Program-made: the position numbers and the translations under genes
From: Myxococcota bacterium
GTDB taxonomy: Bacteria > Myxococcota_A > UBA796 > CAJQPC01
Assembly (NCBI GenBank): GCA_036012755.1
Contig: DASCPX010000070.1
Coordinates: 256,001-320,000, forward strand
Direction: 5' to 3'
Length of the DNA: 64,000 nt
Part shown: positions 22,427-30,647 of the stretch, in pieces
How the letters are laid out: each line of letters opens with the position of its first letter
How positions within the stretch are numbered: the first letter of the stretch is position 1
The notes under the pieces: generated by a model
What the model saw: only the letters and a program-made list of their open reading frames with translations
The model's database searches: none
Told to the model about the DNA's origin: nothing

Positions 22427-23725
22427 TCAATAGCAGCCGCGACCCTCCTCGGCGAAGGCGCTGCCGTCACTGGGGTGCGATGAGCCGAAGGTGCTGCCGC
22501 CGCCGCTGTAGGACTGCTCGGGTTCGACCGTGCTGTTGTCGCCGATCGCGGCCAGGGCCGCGGCAGGGTCGACGAGGGGGCCCTCGAAGCCGAGGTCCTC
22601 GCCGGTGGAGATCAGCAGGTCTCGGACCTCGGCAGGGGTCGAGGCCCCGTTGGCGATGAGCAGCGCCGCTGCGCCGGAGACGTGGGGAGCCGCCACGGAC
22701 GTGCCCTCTGCCGCGAGCAGCTGCCACCTGCCCTCGTAGTCGGCTTCGGCCAGGATGCCGTCGGCGAGGCCGTCTCCGTCGACGTCGACGTCGATGTCGC
22801 CGCCGGGCGCGTAGAGATCGACGGCCCCGCGGTTGCTGTAGGAGGCCACGTCGTTGTTCAGGGTCGTCGCCCCTACGGCGAGCACGGTCTCGTATGCCGC
22901 CGGGTACTGCACGCCGTCGGAGAGGCCGTCGTTGCCGGTGGCAGCGACCACGACCACGCCCTGGTTCTCTGCGTAGTCGATGGCCTCTTCGAGCGAGGTC
23001 GATGGCCCCGACACGCCGAGGGAGAGGTTCAAGACGTCCGCGCCGTTGTCGACGGCCCAGACGATGCCCTGGACGAGGTCACTGCTGGAGCCCCCCGAGT
23101 GGGACATGACGCGGACCGGGAGGATGGACACTCCGGGCGACACCGCCGCTGTTCCGGTCCCGTTGTTCGTGGTCTGTGCGATGACACCGGAGACGTGGGT
23201 GCCGTGCCAGCCGTCATCGCTGGGGTCGTCGTCACCATCGGCGACGTCCAGGCCAGGGAGCAGCGGCAGGCCGTCTGGGCCCGCCGTGGCTCCGGTGTCG
23301 AGCACGGCCACCACCACGTCGTCGCCCCGGCTCTGGGTCCACGCCTGCTCGAGGCCGAGAGTGGAGAGGTTCCACTGGTAGGGCAGCATCGGGTCGTCCG
23401 GCACACCGAAGAGGCGGAGTGGCTGGTCCTCCTCGGCCCACGCGACCCAGGCGGGATCGAGCTCCTCGAGGTCCTCGACGACGACGAGGCCGAGGCCGAC
23501 CTCCCGTCCGAGACCACCGGGCGCTCCGGGAACCAGGCGCACGATGTGGCCGCGCGCCGACCCGCTGACCTCGACCGGCTCGACGACGACGACCTCGGGC
23601 GGATCCAGATCCGGTATGCCCAGGGCGCGCCCGGTGGGGTCGCCTCCTCGGGTAGCCTCGATGGCCGCGCCCAAGCCGATGGCGCCGAGCACGGCACCGG
23701 TCCCCACCAGGAGTCTTCGCTTCAT
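22427..23725 (-). CDS. S8 (subtilisin-like) serine peptidase
   Basis: VLDTG, HGTHVSG, AATGN, GTSVAAPHVSG; N-terminal signal/TM; TATAGT-N6-ATG 23725. Confidence 0.93.
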   Translation of the reverse strand: MKRRLLVGTGAVLGAIGLGAAIEATRGGDPTGRALGIPDLDPPEVVVVEPVEVSGSARGHIVRLVPGAPGGLGREVGLGLVVVEDLEELDPAWVAWAEEDQPLRLFGVPDDPMLPYQWNLSTLGLEQAWTQSRGDDVVVAVLDTGATAGPDGLPLLPGLDVADGDDDPSDDGWHGTHVSGVIAQTTNNGTGTAAVSPGVSILPVRVMSHSGGSSSDLVQGIVWAVDNGADVLNLSLGVSGPSTSLEEAIDYAENQGVVVVAATGNDGLSDGVQYPAAYETVLAVGATTLNNDVASYSNRGAVDLYAPGGDIDVDVDGDGLADGILAEADYEGRWQLLAAEGTSVAAPHVSGAAALLIANGASTPAEVRDLLISTGEDLGFEGPLVDPAAALAAIGDNSTVEPEQSYSGGGSTFGSSHPSDGSAFAEEGRGCY

Positions 23726-23780
23726 GTCCACACTATACGGATCGACGAAAGGGGACTTCAGCCCGATGAAACCGAGTTGA

Positions 23781-25008
23781 TCATGTTGATGTCGGGACCG
23801 CGCTGGTCTCCTCGAGCTCGCGGTTGGAGGTTTCGGGCAGCCACAGGAGGATCAGCCCGAGGGCGATGATGGGGAACACCGCCGTGGCGGTCACCGCCGG
23901 ACCGAAGCCGTGGTCTTCCGCGGCGAGGCCGACCGCCAGCGGGGCGAGCACGTAGCCGACGCGGCCGAGGAGGTTGTTGGCCCAGGCGTAGGCGTCGCCT
24001 CGGAGCTTCGTGGGGAAGAGCTCCGTGTTGAAGGCGTTGAGGACCGGGAGGACGGCGCTGGCCCCGAAGATCCCAGCGACGAGACCAGCCGTGAGGGCCC
24101 AGTAGGACTCGAGCGAGTAGCTGGCGGCGACGCCGATCGCCGTGATCACGTAGATGATCACCGCTCCCTTTCGCCGCCCGACGACATCGAGGAGCTTTCC
24201 GGCGAGGAAGACCAGCGGCATCGAGCCCACAGCTGCGATCATGATCGCCAGGCCGACCTGGCCATCGGTGAAGCCGCGCTCGTTGACGGCGAACTCCTTC
24301 CACCACACGACGGCGTTCTGGGTGCACATGTAGGTGAAGCACCAGATGATCGCGAGCTGGATCATCCGCTTCCGGTAGGGGAGCTCCAGATCGCCAGCAG
24401 CGAGGTCTTCACCTGCTCCTTGGCGGCCTGGGCCTCGAATCGCGCAGTCTCCTTGAGCCCCCGCCGGGCGAAGGCGAGCAGGAGCAGGGGGATGACGCCA
24501 GCGAAGTAGACGGTCCGCCAACCCCAGGGTGTGTTCAACAGCAGCGGCACGACCCCAGCGCAGAAGATGGCGCCGAGGCTGCTGAAGGCCTGGATGACAC
24601 CCATGACCATGCCGCGCCGGTCGGCGGGGTACTCCTCTGCCGCGAAGACCATCGCCGTGGCCCACTCGGCGATGAGGAAGATCCGCGCCAGGAGCTGCAG
24701 CGCCGTGAAGGCCCAGACGTTCGGGGCGAGGCCGGAGCACGCCGTGAAGAGCGTGTAGCCGGCGATGGTGATGGTGAGGACACGCCGCCGGCCCAGGCGT
24801 CGGCCTTGCGGACGAGCACGTAGGCCAGGATCGTGCCGATATTGATGACCGCCACCATGACCCCGGCCCCGCCTTCGGAGAGGCCCATGTCCGCTCGCAG
24901 GTTCGGCAGGATCTGCGAGAGCGCGAGGAAGTCGTAGCCCTCGAAGAAGGTGGCGACGCTCAGGAAGACGAAGAGCTTCTTCTGGTAGGCCGTGAGCGGC
25001 GTCGCCAT
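23781..25008 (-). CDS. MFS transporter (two frameshifts, near 24790 and 24380)
   Basis: FFEGYD, ADAW/GRRRVL, AEEYPADRRG, LDVVGRR, TELFPTKLRG, LPET across three frames. Confidence 0.85.
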
Positions 25009-26075
25009 CAGGGGATGCTGAAGCAGAGGATGCGGACCGACAGCGGTCCGTTTCGCACGTTGAGCACGCGCTCGGGCTCCAGCTCCAGACCCGGTGTCTC
25101 GGCGGCGACGAGGACGACGTGCCAGCCGGACCAGGTTCGCAGCCAGGTGTCGAGGGCGTGCCAGTCGATGCCTTCGAGGCGGTGGCCATAAGGCGGGTTG
25201 AGGGTGAGCAGGCCCCGTGGTCCGGGGCGCTTGCACCGCATGGCGTCTCCGCGTCGGAGCTTCACTTGGAGCCCAGCGGCGCGCAGGTTCTCCCGGGTGG
25301 CCTCCAAGGCGCGCACGTTGATGTCTCCGCCGAAGAGCGGGGGTGGGCGCAAAAGCGCCCCGAGCTGTGGGCGGCGGGGGAAGTCCGGGAAGTCCAGCCA
25401 CGGGAAGTCACCGCGGAGGGTCTGGGGCGAGCGCCCCTGGGCGATCCAGGCGGCCTCGACGAGGAGAGTGCCCGAGCCGCACATCGGGTCCACCACCGGG
25501 CCCTCTCCGGTCCAGCCGCTAGCGAGGATCGCTCCGGCCGCGAGGGTCTCGCGGAGCGGCGCGGCGGTGCTCGTCTTCCGGTAGCCCCGGTGGTCCAGGG
25601 GCACACCGCAGGCGTCGAGCAGCAGGGTCGCCCGGTTGCGGTGCAGCCGGAGGCGGAGCGGGAGCTGGGGCGCCTCGCGGTCGATGTTGCTGCGCGTGCC
25701 CCAGCGCTCGCGCTGTGCGTCGACCACTGCGTCCTTGACCTTCAGCGCGACATAGCGGACGTCCATCATCATCGACGCGGAGGTAGAGGCCCGGATCGCC
25801 AGGGTCTGGCTCGGCGCAAAGAGCGAGTCCTTTCGCGCCCGGATCAGCTTGAAGGCGCCTCGGTAGAGGTCCTCTTGGTTCGAGGCGGCCCAACCGCCGA
25901 GATCGATCAGCACCCGGTTCGCGGTGCGTAGCCTGAGGACCGCATCGACGGCCTGCTCGGCGGTCCCCTCGAAGGTCACGGCTCCGACCTGCTCGTCCAC
26001 GTCGTGGCCCAGGGAGCGGAGCTCCACGGCGAGCAGGCCCTCGAGGCCAGCTCCGCAGGTCGCGACGAGCTTCAT
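25008..26075 (-). CDS. THUMP-domain RNA methyltransferase (RlmL-like)
   Basis: LRTANRV, PLDHRGYR, APLRETLAA, DPMCGSGT, LNPPYG. Confidence 0.9.
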   Translation of the reverse strand: MKLVATCGAGLEGLLAVELRSLGHDVDEQVGAVTFEGTAEQAVDAVLRLRTANRVLIDLGGWAASNQEDLYRGAFKLIRARKDSLFAPSQTLAIRASTSASMMMDVRYVALKVKDAVVDAQRERWGTRSNIDREAPQLPLRLRLHRNRATLLLDACGVPLDHRGYRKTSTAAPLRETLAAGAILASGWTGEGPVVDPMCGSGTLLVEAAWIAQGRSPQTLRGDFPWLDFPDFPRRPQLGALLRPPPLFGGDINVRALEATRENLRAAGLQVKLRRGDAMRCKRPGPRGLLTLNPPYGHRLEGIDWHALDTWLRTWSGWHVVLVAAETPGLELEPERVLNVRNGPLSVRILCFSIP

Positions 26076-27183
26076 CGGCGCCGCACCAGCAGGAGACCCA
26101 GCACGGTGACCAGCGCCCCGGCGGCCCCGCAGCCACCGCTCATCCACGTGACGAGCTCCGGGCGCTCGGGGAGCCCGGTGTCGTCCTCGAGGTCGCTGTC
26201 ATCGGGTCCAGAGTCATCGGGCGGATCGCTCTCGTCTGGCTCGCCGGTGTCGTGGGGCTTCGAGATGTCGGCCCCTCGCGACCAGGGAACTCCGGTCGGG
26301 TTGGCGTCTGGCCCGCCGAAGGCGCCCATGTCGTTGCGGCTGCCGTCCGGGTCGTTGTTCGTAGTCGCAGGGTCGCCCCGGTTGATCGCCGGCGAGGTCT
26401 CCTGCAGCCCCGGCGGGAAGGTGCAGCTGAAGGGATCGAAGCCCTCGTCGAACTTCGGATCCTCGCCCTGGATGTCGCCGGCTCCGACAGCCAGGCTGTC
26501 GCTGTTGTCGTTGTTCCACAGCGTGTAGTCCTCGTCCACCGCGTTGGCCTCCCCGCTGATCCCGACACCGCCTGTGTTCGCGAAGGTCACGTTCCACTCG
26601 AAGGCCAGGGCCCCGCCCTTCCGCCCGATGTTGGAGTTCCACGTTGAGGTGGTGATGGTCGTCGAGGTGCTGACGGCGCGAATCGAGCCGCTGGCCTCCT
26701 CAGAGCTGCTGTTGCCGAAGTTGCAGCCCTTGACCGTGAGCGAGTCGAGTCCGTCCACGTCGATGTCCGGCGCGGTGCCCACGCTCTGGTTGGCGTCGAA
26801 GGTCGTGTTGATGACGCGGAGGTCGAAGGTGCCGCTGCCGTTGCTGCCCTTGGCGCGGATCGGACCCGAGCTCGTGATCTCCGAGGCCTCGACGCTCACG
26901 CTGAGTGCGTAGACGCCGCTGGAGGCGGTGGCGAAGATGGTGTCGCCTGTGAGCCCGTTGGCCTTCAGGTTCTGGAAGGTCACGGAGGTGTCGTCGGTCT
27001 TGCTGACGATGGAGAGGTCCTTTTCGATGGCGATGGGCGGCTCTCGACCGAAGCGTCGTAGCTCGGGTCCACCAAGAGCGTGTCGCCGTGTCCTGCCGCC
27101 GCGTACGCCTCGTGGAAGGTGTAGGTGCTGCCGTCGACCACGTAGGAGTCGGTCGCGCTCGCTGCGCTGATCCACCAGAGCAT
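26072..27183 (-). CDS. Secreted beta-helix-like protein with MYXO-CTERM-like tail (frameshift near 27045; possibly internally deleted)
   Basis: MLWWISAASA; FDAN/GGAL repeats; SPAINRGDP..DPDGSRNDMGAFGGP; GGCG-hydrophobic-RRR. Confidence 0.7.
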
Positions 27184-27185
27184 TG

Positions 27186-27406
27186 GGAGACGATAGCCGG
27201 TCGTCCCGAGTGCGCTAGTTCCCGCAATCCGAAGTCCCGAACCTCGTCCACCGTCTCGTTGCGGGAACTACGGCACGCGAAGCGGGCCGCCGGGGGGGCG
27301 CCGAAGGCGCGGGGGGCGGGCCCCCCAGACGAGGAAACGAGTGCCCCCGGCGTCGCGAAGCGGCGGGCGCCCAGCGCCATCGGGAGTCGCGTTCCGACTT
27401 CCGATC
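27186..27406. repeat. Intergenic cluster of palindromes/hairpins (REP- or MITE-like, or structured RNA)
   Basis: TAGTTCCCGCAA 27216-27227 / TTGCGGGAACTA 27259-27270; CGCGAAGCG twice; GCGCCGAAGGCGC; G6-CGGG-C6; CGCCGGGGG/CCCCCGGCG; ATCGGGAGTCG/CGACTTCCGAT. Confidence 0.6.
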
Positions 27407-27413
27407 GGGGGTA

Positions 27414-27974
27414 CTAGTCGCCCTCGCCAATCTGACCGCAGTTGTGGGCCTCGAAGCGCGCCCTCCACCACTCGGTGTCGATGGTGCCGGTGACCAGCTG
27501 GACATCCCCAGAGGTGATCTCGAGGCGGCCGAGGAGGTAGCTGCTCTGCCAGATGCGCTCGTCCGCGAAGACTGCCGAGGCCATCGTGCGGCGGTCGACG
27601 CTCCTCTGCTGGTCGTCTTCGTCGGAGTAGTCGTAGTAGTAGTAGCCGCCGTAGCCGTAGGCGCCCTGGAAGTACTCGCCGACCCAGCCGATGTTCTCGC
27701 CGGTGTTGTTCCACCACTGGACGTCGACGACCGCTCCAGAGGCCGTCCAGGTGATCGAGTCCCGCTGCTCCGTCGTGCCGGCGAGCTCGGCCTCCAGGTC
27801 CTCGCAGGTGTAGTCCGAGTCGTCGACGAGGAGCAGCGTTGCGCTGCCGGTGCCGGCTTCTGGAGTCGACCACTGGGACTCGGCGAAGAGCGCCGTCTTC
27901 AGCGAGCCGAGCGAGAACGGCGCGTCTCGGGTCGCCTTCATGGTGTTCGTGCACGACAGCAACAGGAGCGTCAT
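27414..27974 (-). CDS. Putative lipoprotein (paralogue 3 of 3)
   Basis: MTLLLLSC; ends GTIDTEWWRARFEAHNCG; ATGA overlap. Confidence 0.8.
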   Translation of the reverse strand: MTLLLLSCTNTMKATRDAPFSLGSLKTALFAESQWSTPEAGTGSATLLLVDDSDYTCEDLEAELAGTTEQRDSITWTASGAVVDVQWWNNTGENIGWVGEYFQGAYGYGGYYYYDYSDEDDQQRSVDRRTMASAVFADERIWQSSYLLGRLEITSGDVQLVTGTIDTEWWRARFEAHNCGQIGEGD

Positions 27975-28531
27975 CGGCCGCTGTGCCCGGCGTAGTAGTC
28001 CCCGCTCATCTTGCCGCAGTACTCGGCGTCGAAGGTGGCTTCGATGGCCCGGGTCTCCACGTGGCCCTCGATGCTGCCGCTGTTGTCGTCTATGCGAGCG
28101 TAGCCACCAGCGCGGCCGAGCCAGGTCTGGCCGTCGGCGAAGGGGAGCACCCAGGCGCCGCGCTCGAGCGACCCTCGCTCCGACTCCGCCGTGGAGAACA
28201 CTGCGTAGTCGCCCTCCCAGCCGGCGTTCTCGCCCTGGTCGTGAGACCAGGAGAAGATGACGACCAGGCCGATGGAGTCCGAGAACAGCGAGCCACGGCC
28301 AGCCAGCAGGGTGGAGGTGTAGTAGCTGTCGCCGAAGGCCGCCTCGTACTGCTCGCAGCTGACCTCGTCGTCGCTCATCAGGAGCATCCCCACCCCCTGG
28401 CCCGACTCGGCGCTCGAGGCCCCGGTCTCCAGGAAGAGGGCGCTGTCGATCTCCCGGACCTCGAAGGGCACGAGCTCCGGGTCCACCTCGACGTCGTTCT
28501 TCGGCGTGCATGCGGCGAGGAGCCAGGTCAT
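27971..28531 (-). CDS. Putative lipoprotein (paralogue 2 of 3)
   Basis: MTWLLAAC; ends GHVETRAIEATFDAEYCG; ATGA overlap. Confidence 0.8.
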   Translation of the reverse strand: MTWLLAACTPKNDVEVDPELVPFEVREIDSALFLETGASSAESGQGVGMLLMSDDEVSCEQYEAAFGDSYYTSTLLAGRGSLFSDSIGLVVIFSWSHDQGENAGWEGDYAVFSTAESERGSLERGAWVLPFADGQTWLGRAGGYARIDDNSGSIEGHVETRAIEATFDAEYCGKMSGDYYAGHSGR

Positions 28532-29094
28532 CCGCTGTCCCCCGTGTCCCACCCCGGCTCCTGGGTGCCGCAGTTTCGCGCGCTGAAACGGGCATCGACG
28601 CTCTCGTGGTCGATGGTGCCGCTGGTGACCTCGGCGGTGGAGTCCTCGACCTCGAGCAGGCCCATCTGGCCGTCGAGCCCCCAGGCGGTGCCTCCGCTGT
28701 AGACGTCCAGCCAGAAGCGGCGGTAGACCGCGCCCTCACGACCGCGCTCGAGCACCGTCACGCCGCTGCCGTAGGTGCCCTGCCAGCCGGCGCGACCGTC
28801 GCCTTCCCGGTAGTCCTCCCAGTCGAAGGGGGTGTAGGACCAGGAGACCCTCGCGACCACGTGTTCACCCTCCCAGACGGGCGTCCGGTCGTCGTCGCTC
28901 AGCCAGCCAGCGTCCCGTATTTCGGCGCACCCGACATTGGTCGAGGAGAGCATCAGTGTTGCCCGTCCCCAGTCCGTCTGCTCGGTGGTCGTGGCGTCGG
29001 CGACGAAGACACTCGAGACCATCCGACCCAGCTCGAAGGGCGCGTCGCCTCGCGGCTTCATGGTGTTCGCGCAGGCGATCAACAGGGGCAGCAC
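28528..29094 (-). CDS. Putative lipoprotein (paralogue 1 of 3)
   Basis: VLPLLIAC; ends GTIDHESVDARFSARNCG; TAGGGT-N6-GTG. Confidence 0.8.
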   Translation of the reverse strand: MLPLLIACANTMKPRGDAPFELGRMVSSVFVADATTTEQTDWGRATLMLSSTNVGCAEIRDAGWLSDDDRTPVWEGEHVVARVSWSYTPFDWEDYREGDGRAGWQGTYGSGVTVLERGREGAVYRRFWLDVYSGGTAWGLDGQMGLLEVEDSTAEVTSGTIDHESVDARFSARNCGTQEPGWDTGDSG

Positions 29095-29149
29095 GCCCAC
29101 ACCCTACCCGAGCGGCGAAGCACCCCAGACCGCGACCATTCCCAGGTCG

Positions 29150-30568
29150 TCAGCCCTTCTTTTTCCGCTTGGGCGGCTCGCGCCCGCTCTCGTCGAAGCG
29201 GGCCTCGCGCTTCACGTTGGCGACGGCTCCGGATTCGATGAACCCGCCGTCCGAAGACAGCTCGCCCTTGCCGCAGTTGACCGCGACCTGGGCGTCGAAG
29301 TTGTGGGGGTCACAGGCTGTGATGAAGCCGAGCAAGAGCGCGCTCTTGGGCACGTCTCGCAGGTTCATGCCGGTCTCGGTCAGCTGCTCCAGGCGCCGGA
29401 GCGCGCCCAGGTGCTTCCAGGCGGAGGGCCGGAGCCCTTGCCGCGCCAGGGCGGCGGCCAGCCCCGCAGAGGCGACGACCCGCCCGCGCTTGTCGAGGCG
29501 CGCCGCGTACTTGTCGGCGGCGCGCTCACCGCCTGGGAGATCGAGGACCTCGCTGGCGGGCGTCCAGGTCCCGTCGTCGTCTCGGAAGACGAGGTAGTGC
29601 TGCACGTAGAGACACTTCTTGACCTTCATCGTCGACAACATCGCGAAGTAGAGCTTGTTGAAGGCGCGGATGTCGTCTCGGGTGATGCGTGGTTCCTGCT
29701 GGACGAGCAGATCGATGATCTCGTCCGGCATGAGCGCCTGGTCTTCGCCCAGCTCACAGCCGTGGCGGGCGCTCCCGAGCATGCGCAGTCCCAAGAAGAA
29801 GACCTCGCGGATGAAGCCGTTTCCGGGCTTGGTCGCGAACCTGAAGGTCTCCGCGACCTGGTCCTCGTTGAGGTCCTTCGCGATCACGACGATCAGCGAG
29901 GTCGCGATGCCAGCCTCGCGCAGGTTGTCCAGGGCCTGCATCCGCGTCTCCAGCAGACGCCGACCGCGGAGGGCCAGGTTGGCCTCGTCGTCGAAGCCGT
30001 CGAACTGGATGAAGACCTCGTCCACGCCGGCGTCCCGGAGTCGCTTGACGTAGTCGAGCTTGGCGAGGCGGATCCCGTTGGTGTGCAGGGCTGCGATGTG
30101 GCCCTTTTCCTTGACCCGGCGGATCCAGTCTTCGAGGTCCTTGCGGATGGTGGGCTCGGCCGCCATCAGGTCGATCTTGATGCCGCGTCGCTGGGAGAGC
30201 AGCTCTTCGAGTCCGGAGAGATCGAGGTCCGGGGTGTCCTCTGTGTTGGCCTTGGCGAGGCAGATCGGGCACTGCAGGTTGCAGCGCTCGGTCATACGAA
30301 TGATGTAGTCCCGCTGGGGGTAGTTCTCCGAGTTGACCTTGAAGTAGTAGGTGTCGAGCTCGGCCCAGTAGTCCGGGTCCTTCGACAGCAGCTGGGTGCA
30401 GGGTCCACAGTCCGGACAGAGCTTGAAGAGGTCCACGCGGTCTTTGTAGACACGCACCTCCGCGGGCAGCTCAGCCGTGCAGTGGTGACACCGGCCCGTC
30501 GTGTGCCGTAGGACGTGGAAGTCCATCTCGGGCGCGATCGCGGACAGAGGGGTGGCTAGTTCTTCCAT
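29150..30568 (-). CDS. Radical SAM protein (COG1964-like)
   Basis: CNLQCPIC; N-terminal CHHC..CPDC; AEPT, HTNGIRL, IQFDG. Confidence 0.88.
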   Translation of the reverse strand: MEELATPLSAIAPEMDFHVLRHTTGRCHHCTAELPAEVRVYKDRVDLFKLCPDCGPCTQLLSKDPDYWAELDTYYFKVNSENYPQRDYIIRMTERCNLQCPICLAKANTEDTPDLDLSGLEELLSQRRGIKIDLMAAEPTIRKDLEDWIRRVKEKGHIAALHTNGIRLAKLDYVKRLRDAGVDEVFIQFDGFDDEANLALRGRRLLETRMQALDNLREAGIATSLIVVIAKDLNEDQVAETFRFATKPGNGFIREVFFLGLRMLGSARHGCELGEDQALMPDEIIDLLVQQEPRITRDDIRAFNKLYFAMLSTMKVKKCLYVQHYLVFRDDDGTWTPASEVLDLPGGERAADKYAARLDKRGRVVASAGLAAALARQGLRPSAWKHLGALRRLEQLTETGMNLRDVPKSALLLGFITACDPHNFDAQVAVNCGKGELSSDGGFIESGAVANVKREARFDESGREPPKRKKKG

Positions 30569-30647
30569 AGGAGGCCTTCTGAGCGGACCCAGTGTAGCTC
30601 AGCCGCTCCGGGCGGGCGATCGCCTCTGTCGCGCCGGGCCCGAGCGC

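Noticed and set aside
23777..23790. FNR box at TTGATCATGTTGAT
   Set aside because: Direct repeat, not TTGAT-N4-ATCAA, and it overlaps the MFS stop codon
27186..27406. Retron msr-msd or known riboswitch
   Set aside because: No reverse transcriptase nearby and no recognisable riboswitch consensus
27414..30568. Radical SAM plus lipoproteins as a RiPP cluster
   Set aside because: No precursor peptide, SPASM/RRE domain or transporter; the lipoproteins appear to have their own promoter
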